The notes under the pieces: generated by a model
Seen by the model: only the letters and a program-made list of their open reading frames with translations
Database searches by the model: none
Told to the model about the DNA's origin: nothing
In this document: positions 57,036 through 64,000 of the stretch, piece by piece
Layout: the number at the start of each line of letters is the position of its first letter
How positions within the stretch are numbered: position 1 is the stretch's first letter
Assembly (NCBI GenBank): GCA_965113315.1
Contig: OZ220379.1
Source: Podarcis vaucheri
Lineage: Eukaryota
Direction: 5' to 3' (one strand)
DNA length: 64,000 bases
Translations under genes and position numbers: made by a program

Positions 57036-57468
57036 GCAGAAGCTAGCAAGGCTGTTCCCAAGCCAGAACAGCGAGACGGAGGGCTCTGTCTCGCTGCTCT
57101 AGCTTGGGGATTGCTGCGCGCAAACCTCTGTAGGGCAGCGGGGTGCCTTCACCCCGCTGTCCTGCAGAAGCTAGCAAAGCTGTTCCCAAGCCAGAACAGC
57201 GAGATGGAGGGCTCCGTCTCGCTGCTCTAGCTTGGGGATGTCTGCGTGCAAACCTCTGCAGGACAGCAGGGCGCTGCGCTCCAAAGGCTTCAGGGATCTT
57301 TGAGGCTGGCGGTGGGGGAAAGCAGCGCTCCCCCCACCGCCAGCCCCACAAGCTCTGGTGAATGTACCTTGAACGCACCTTGTTTTAGAGGGGGAGAAGA
57401 AGAAAAAAAAATTTTCCCTGTTCTCCCCCTCCTATGGTCCGGTGCGTCCAATGGAGCGAAAAATACGG
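57036..57468. mobile_element. Partial Tc1/pogo-type element with internal ~129-bp tandem duplication
   Basis: Ends GAAAAATACGG|ta; GCAGAAGCTAGCAA...CTTGGGGA unit occurs twice. Confidence 0.55.
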
Positions 57469-58698
57469 TAATTCTGCTGGATCTCACTTTTACCTTGATC
57501 TTTAAAGGGGGGGCAATCCTACACATGCGCTTTCTCTTTCTGTCTCTCTCCGTAAGTGGCATCGATGGCCCTTGCCAAATGCTCCCATCCTGGGCCTTAA
57601 AAGGTCAGTCCCGTTCTCCATCCCATTTTTCTTTCTCAACTGTTATTTGACATTCTGCAGCTACATACCTTCTAACATTTCTCTGATGAAGATAGGGACA
57701 TCCTGTTCCATCATCATCATCATCTTATTTTTTTATACACCCCCCCCCCCGACTAGGTTGCCCCAGACACTCTGGGAGGCTTCCAGCATATAAAAACTTA
57801 ATAAAACATTAAACATTAAGAAACTTCCCCATACAGGGCTGCCTTCAGAGGCTTCAGGGTTGTATTAAGAAACTTGGCTTGGGGGTTGCATAACTCCATA
57901 CCCTTCAACATTTCTCCAGTGAAAATAGGGACATCCTAAGGAAAAGCGGGACATTTCGGGATCAAATCAGGACGGCTTCTGTAAATCTGGGACCTTTCCT
58001 GGAAAATAGGGACACTTGGAAAGTCTATAGCTATTGAAAATGCTCAGTCCTTATTGGACTGATTTTTTCTTTCTTTCCTTTTTTCTGGGAGAGGGGGATT
58101 GCCCATTCGGTTTTATATAAACACAGAGACTTCAGCAAACCCGAGTATTCTGATACCTCAGCTTTCTTCCTGTTTAGGATCCATTCCTGTCAGACCCTCA
58201 TCAATCCAGAATTTCCATGTTTTTCTTGCAGTGCTAACCTATCAGAAAATGGAGTCGTTCCAACGCACAAGCCGAACCTGGTCAGGCAGCCGTGAAAGAT
58301 TCTGTAGGCTTGACTTCAAATCCTTGCTGATGCTAAAGTATTCTCTGCCTTGGAATGCTTTCCCTGCATTTTCCTGGGTCCTTGGAGAGTCATATTCCCT
58401 TCCCCATCTTAAAAGCAACCGCTGGATTCGTTTTTGTTTGCTTGCTTATGAAAAGGGAGACTCTCATCACAGGCATCGTTTGTCGCGGAACTTTTTCGTG
58501 TGGCCCCGAATGGCTCTTGTTTTAATGATGTAGGGTTACATGCAAGGTATGCGTCTTGGCCAAAGACAGAAATCCTTCCTTTTATAACAGAAAAGAAGAA
58601 GAAAAAGATGTCTATCTTTGTGGTGCTACTCGGTTGTCATTCTTGTGGGCTACTATCACATCAAAATAAATGCTCTTAAATGTGCTGGGGTTTGTTTA

Positions 58699-58928
58699 CA
58701 GTCGTGCCTTGGATCCCAAACACCTTGCAAGTCGAACATTTTGGCTCCCGATTGCCGCAAATCTGGAAGTGGGTGTTCTGGTTTGCAAACGTTCTTTGGA
58801 ACCTGAATGTCCAACAGGGCTTCCATGGCGTCCGATTGGCTGCAGGAGCTTTCTGCAGCCTATCCGAAGCCACCGTTTGGTTTCCAGACTTCCAGAACAG
58901 ATTCCGTTTGACTTTTGAGGTACGACTG
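58699..58928. mobile_element. Tc1/pogo-type MITE, second subfamily
   Basis: ta|CAGTCGTGCCT ... AGGTACGACTG|ta. Confidence 0.8.
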
Positions 58929-60550
58929 TATTTAATATGCAAAATTTCAAAAAGACGGACCTTACCCAGTCTTCTTTCCCCCATCTTTCGGTTGTACTAT
59001 TAACAGGTCTCTTCCAAACCTGTGGGGCAGTTAGATAGGACTTTGGAGCAGAGGTCCAGAGCTGTGCCAGGGCTGCCTTACCCCATTTTGAAATAATGGG
59101 GTATATTAATATCTAAAGCAGGGATGTAGAAACTCAAGCCTAGTGTCTGAATTCCACCTTTCAAGCCTATTTGGCCATCTGGATTCTGCACAGGCCATTC
59201 CCCTTCTCAGTCTATTTTATCATACTCTTCAACATTTGTCCGATGAAAATAGGGACATCCATTATCCATTATGATAATTTTGCTATTTTTACCCTACACA
59301 GTTTACTGGGTTGCCCCAGCCACACTGGACAACTTCCAACATATATAAAAACATAACAAAACATTAAACATTGAAAAAAACTTCCCTATACAGGACTGCC
59401 TTCAGACTGCTCGGGGGTCGGATAACTTCATACCCTCCAACATGTTTCCTATGAAAATAGGGGCATCCTAAGTAAAAGTAAGAAATTCCGAGATCAAATC
59501 AGAAATAGGACGGCTTCTGTAAATCAATGACATCCCTTGAAAATAGGGACATTTGGAGGGTCTGTTTTAATTATTTTTAAATGTTTTAAATACTTGCTTT
59601 TAACTGTTTTTACTGATACTGTTATCTTTTCATTTAACCGCTTTGAGGTGTTATTTCAAACAAGCAGTATATAATGTTGTTAAATAATCAAACACTTTTA
59701 TAATTAGCAGCCTGTTTCTGGAGCTCATAAGCAAGGCTGCAATTCATTAGAAAACCCTTTCCTCTCCTCTTGTTTTCACCTTTTTCCGGACAGGATGAAT
59801 AAAAGTGCGAAGGTACATGTTAAGGAATTTGATTGCAGTTTAGACTAGAGCAATCCAAAAATAAAGTTAAGAAATATTGTTAGGAAAAAAGGGTTGAAGG
59901 AAGGTTCAAAGCAGCTATTTTTAACCGCTAGTTTAAATGTCATGGTAATCAAAGCTAGGAAACAGATTTTACATCAGTATGCAGCTGATAAGTGAGGAAA
60001 CAAAAGTCAAGGTAAATGTACTTGCCCAAGTTCTTAAGAAATGAAACAGGATGGAATTATTTGTTTTGTGAAACCTCACAATTATATATTCGTGTGATTT
60101 CCTGTTCACAAATTCCTGTAATTCTGCTCCATCCTCTGAAAAGTTAGCAGGTCAGGTTTTTTCATTATTATTATTTCAAAGGAAATCCTTTTATTTTCAA
60201 GGATTTTTATTACTCTCACAGTGTTGGATCTTCTTGGGTCACAGCACAAGTCATTTATTTGACACCTTTCAAATGTCTTCTATTTGTGAAATGTGAAGAT
60301 GAGGCATTCCTTTTTCTTTTCCATCATTAAATCTGCACGCCATTGCACAAAAAGGTTGGCTTGTACACCATTATCCTTACTATAGCCCTTATCCATCAGG
60401 TTAGTCTCTGTGCACTCAAATCTTCTTGCACATTCATCTGGTTTAGGGCAAATTAGGTGATATCATTTGCTAATGTAGGCTGGATCTGTGCTTGATATTG
60501 GAGCACACCATCCAGTTTGTTGATCCAGCAAGAGGATGACCAGTTGTATA

Positions 60551-60907
60551 AAGGTAAAGGTAAAGGACACGGGCCAGTCGTGTCCGACTCTAGGGTTGTG
60601 CGCCCATCTCACTTAAGAGGCCAGGGGCCAGCGCTGTCCGGAGACACTTCCGGGTCACGTGGTCAGCGTGACGAAGCTGCTCTGGCGAGCCAGCACCAGC
60701 GCAGCACACGGAAATGCCATTTACCTTCCCGCTATAAAACGGTACCTATTTATCTACTTGCACTTAAGGGTGCTTTCGAACTGCTAGGTGGGCAGGAGCT
60801 GGGACCGAAAGACGGGAGCTCACCCCGCCATAGGGATTTGAACCACCGACCATGCGATCGGCAAGCCCTAGGCACTGAGGTTTTACCCACAGCACCACCC
60901 GCGTCCC
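60551..60907 (-). mobile_element. Sauria SINE, full length
   Basis: TSD TGAC(C/A)AGTTGTATA. Confidence 0.88.
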
Positions 60908-61733
60908 TGACAAGTTGTATACATGGTATCAAATCCATCACATGGTTGAATTATTCAGTTTCTCCTGACTTAGAGACATTTTAAACAAGGGATGTGGAAC
61001 CTGTGACTTTCCTGATGCTGTTGGACATAAAGTCCCGTGATCCACAGGCAGTGTGGCCATTGGGATGGTGGGAATTGTACTCCAACATCATTTGGAAGAT
61101 CACAAGTTCTTCATACCTGCCTTAGATGTAGTTGCCCTAAGAAGATACTTATGTTTTTCACGAGCCACTGCTCTGAACTTGCCTCCTTCCATTTCCTTGT
61201 GCTGAGAGAAGGATGCTGTTGGGCCTGAAAAGAGTCTCTTTATCAAAAGTGATATTTGGGTGCTGAATCACGCAGCCGTTCATTAGCAGGATCCGTCATC
61301 ATACTGCATGATTTTCCTCCTTCCTCGCCCAGGTCTGGGTTCTGCTAACAAGGAACAAGAAACCAGGGGCCAGGGCCATGGTAAGGAAACCTTACCCTGC
61401 TCTGTCAGGCCCACCCCCAGGGGGGACCCTGCCTCCACGCCTGCCTGAGATTGGCCAATCTTGCCAGATGGGCAGAGTATAAATAATCAAGTTAGGGTTG
61501 CCATATTTCTAGAAGTTTTTGGAGGTGAACTGAGACTCAAAGTTGTTGAGCCCTACTGTGAAGGTAAGGCGACTTGACCTGGACAACCCCCCCCCCACCT
61601 AACTGGGTCTTCCTTCAGACTTGATCCCTTGAAGGTGAGCTGTTTTCAACAAGCCTAAGAAGTTCCATGCTGTCTGATGGATGGGCTCCTTAGCCAAACT
61701 AGGGCCAAAGGCCAGCTGCAGGCCTATTATGGT

Positions 61734-62051
61734 CAGGGCCGGATTTAGGTTTGATGAGGCCCTAAGCTACTGAAAGTAATGGGGACATTTACGGTATATG
61801 TCCAGCTGCCCTATGTTGTCAACAAATTGTTGCTGTTTTTTGTGCTGAACATATGTTTTATGGTAATTTATGGACGTTATAGGTATCTAAAGCCATTTGT
61901 ACATAACAAAATAGGAGCCTACACAACACAAAACACTGCTGCTGTATGTAGGTTTTATTTTGTTTTTTATCTTATATTTTGGAAATGTACACCCAAAGAG
62001 GGTGGGGCCCTAAGCTACAGCTTGTTTAGTTTATATGTAAATCTGGCACCA
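61734..62051. mobile_element. hAT non-autonomous element, deleted inverted relative of 20371-21081
   Basis: CAGGGCCGGATTTAGGTTTGATGAGG start; shared internal blocks. Confidence 0.75.
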
Positions 62052-62590
62052 AGTACGGTCTACAAAACATGAGACCAAAACAATAAAGAGGCAGGGAAGG
62101 TGAAATGGAAAGTGGAGGAGGAAAGTATTACTTTGCATTGTAGTTTGAGAACATCTTGATTGCTTAATAGAGGAGAATTTCATTTTGTCCACACTTTAAA
62201 GTGAACCAACCTAATTTGATGTATATGTGGGTCAGAATGCAGCTCACAATCAGCTTTGCCAAATTTTGTGATTCAGTTTCAGTTCAAAAATCCATGTGTT
62301 ACAGAGAAATTTCTACCAATTTTAGGAGGTATTTTAGGAGGAAATGTGTACAACAGTGCATGCTATTTAAATGTAAGTTTTTCACAAAAACAGGAACAGC
62401 ATGGGTTTTATTTGAATGCATGCAAAATTGATATGTAATGGAATTAGGCTGCACCACTTACGTGCCTCTTATTTTCTCAGTTCTTCTCCATTCTTAAGGG
62501 GAATCCTCTAAATATCAGGTGGGAGACCATACCACAGGGCTTGTTCCAGAGGAAATGGGTGAGAATGAGCAACAAATAAGGAAGAGGGCT

Positions 62591-62848
62591 ACAGCTTCTA
62601 GGTCATGTGGCCAGCATGACTAAGCCGCTTCTGGCGAACCAGAGCAGCGCACAGAAATGCCGTTTACTTTCCCGCCGGAGTGGTACCTATTTATCTACTT
62701 GCACTTTGATGTGCTTTCGAACTGCTAGGTTGGCAGGAGCGGGGACCGAGCAACAGGAGCTCACCCCGTTGTGGGGATTCGAACCGCTGACCTTCTGATC
62801 GACAAGTCCTAGGCTCTGTGGTTTAACGCATAGCACCGCCCGCGTCCC
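62591..62848 (-). mobile_element. Sauria SINE, 3'-truncated
   Basis: Family core and head. Confidence 0.85.
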
Positions 62849-64000
62849 TAAGGAAGAGGGCTAGAAGAACGCAAAAGCAAAAAGAAAAGCAAAACCATAA
62901 AGGAACATGGAAAGAATGAAAAGGAAAAGAATACAAGGCAAAAGGCAGTTGAGTCATTTGAAATGAGAAGGAAGCAGTTGCATAAAATATAAAGGAAGCC
63001 GGGGTGGGGGGAGAGACAGGAGAGAAAATCCCATGCATATCTATTCAAGTGTGAATCCCATGGAATTTAATGGGACTTACTTCCAGGTGAGTGGGTGTGA
63101 GATTGTAACTTGTTGTGGAAAGGAATGGAATTCCATTATGTTTGTTGAGCGAGAACTTGAGACGCTATGGGTCCGTCCATCCCCCGCCTCCTGATCACCA
63201 GGCAAGAAGAGACATGTCAAGCAATGTCCTTTCCTACCTGTAGTTTACTGTGGGGAAAGGCAGTGGACAATTACGTGCTTCCTTCAATGCTCTGAAAGGC
63301 AAAGCAGTCATTTCACCCAGTCTGTTGTGTTTGACTAGGGCTTGGCACTTAATTTCCAGTTCCTGCGATCAATTGTTACATAAGAGCCTGAGAAACTTTG
63401 AAATGCTGAGGAGAATGCCTTTTCATCAAATGGATGTGAGTAATGCACCCGGCTTTCATTTTATTTTGCAACTGAACATAGCGTAACAGAATAAACGTCA
63501 CACACATGCACACCCAGGCAACCAAAGATTTATCAGTCTTCTTTAAAGAACATTTTTAAAGGCACATTGTATAATTAGCAGTTGGGGAAAGGTGTGCAAG
63601 ATTTGGGAAGCTCAGATGAGACAAGCATTTGATGCTCGTTATGATATAATACAGGCAAACATAGATAGACAAGGCCAGATGACTTGATCATAAATGCTGC
63701 TGGGAGATCAGGATCACCCACCAGGAAACCTGCACTTGCCTTTTAAGGAATCTTCTGGATGGAATGTTTTGTGCACACGTGACACCCAACTCCAATGGAA
63801 TAGCAGTAGAGTGGGTCAGCTTCTGACATGGGGTGGTATCAAGCTAACTGCACCATCACTGTCAAGAGTGCCAACTTGGCCCCACAACAGTGGGTACCCA
63901 GGGCCGTGGGTGCCATGCAGTGTGCATGGCCCTGGCACGAAAATTTGTGGTTGCCTGGCCCCTTCATGGGGAATTTTGTAGGTGCCCGGGCACCCAGGGC

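Noticed and set aside
20304-64000. UGCG or another protein-coding gene
   Set aside because: No recognisable exon peptide or clear non-repeat CpG island; small or non-coding exons cannot be excluded

Overview
Vertebrate genomic DNA, most likely from a lacertid lizard (Podarcis-like), judged from Sauria SINEs, a BovB LINE, and L2/CR1/L1, DIRS, hAT and pogo elements. The left ~18.5 kb holds the 5' part of SHOC1 (C9orf84/MZIP2, meiotic ZMM crossover factor) on the minus strand. I traced 14 coding exons with GT-AG sites and a continuous frame (2593 nt, ~864 codons); the gene continues past the left edge. Most notable: a two-exon module of SHOC1 (105 nt + 390 nt, both phase 1-1) is tandemly duplicated. 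The 390-nt exon also carries ~150 nt that resembles an intergenic repeat at 31.4 kb rather than mammalian SHOC1, suggesting repeat DNA captured in-frame and then doubled. A CpG-enriched promoter region (~18.7-19.3 kb) is followed by a 6-copy ~148-bp tandem repeat. The remaining ~44 kb is intergenic and repeat-rich, with a fossil POGK-like pogo transposase, a BovB carrying a nested solo LTR, and a DIRS/Ngaro recombinase relic. No other gene was recognised. Homology calls come from recalled sequences, not database searches.
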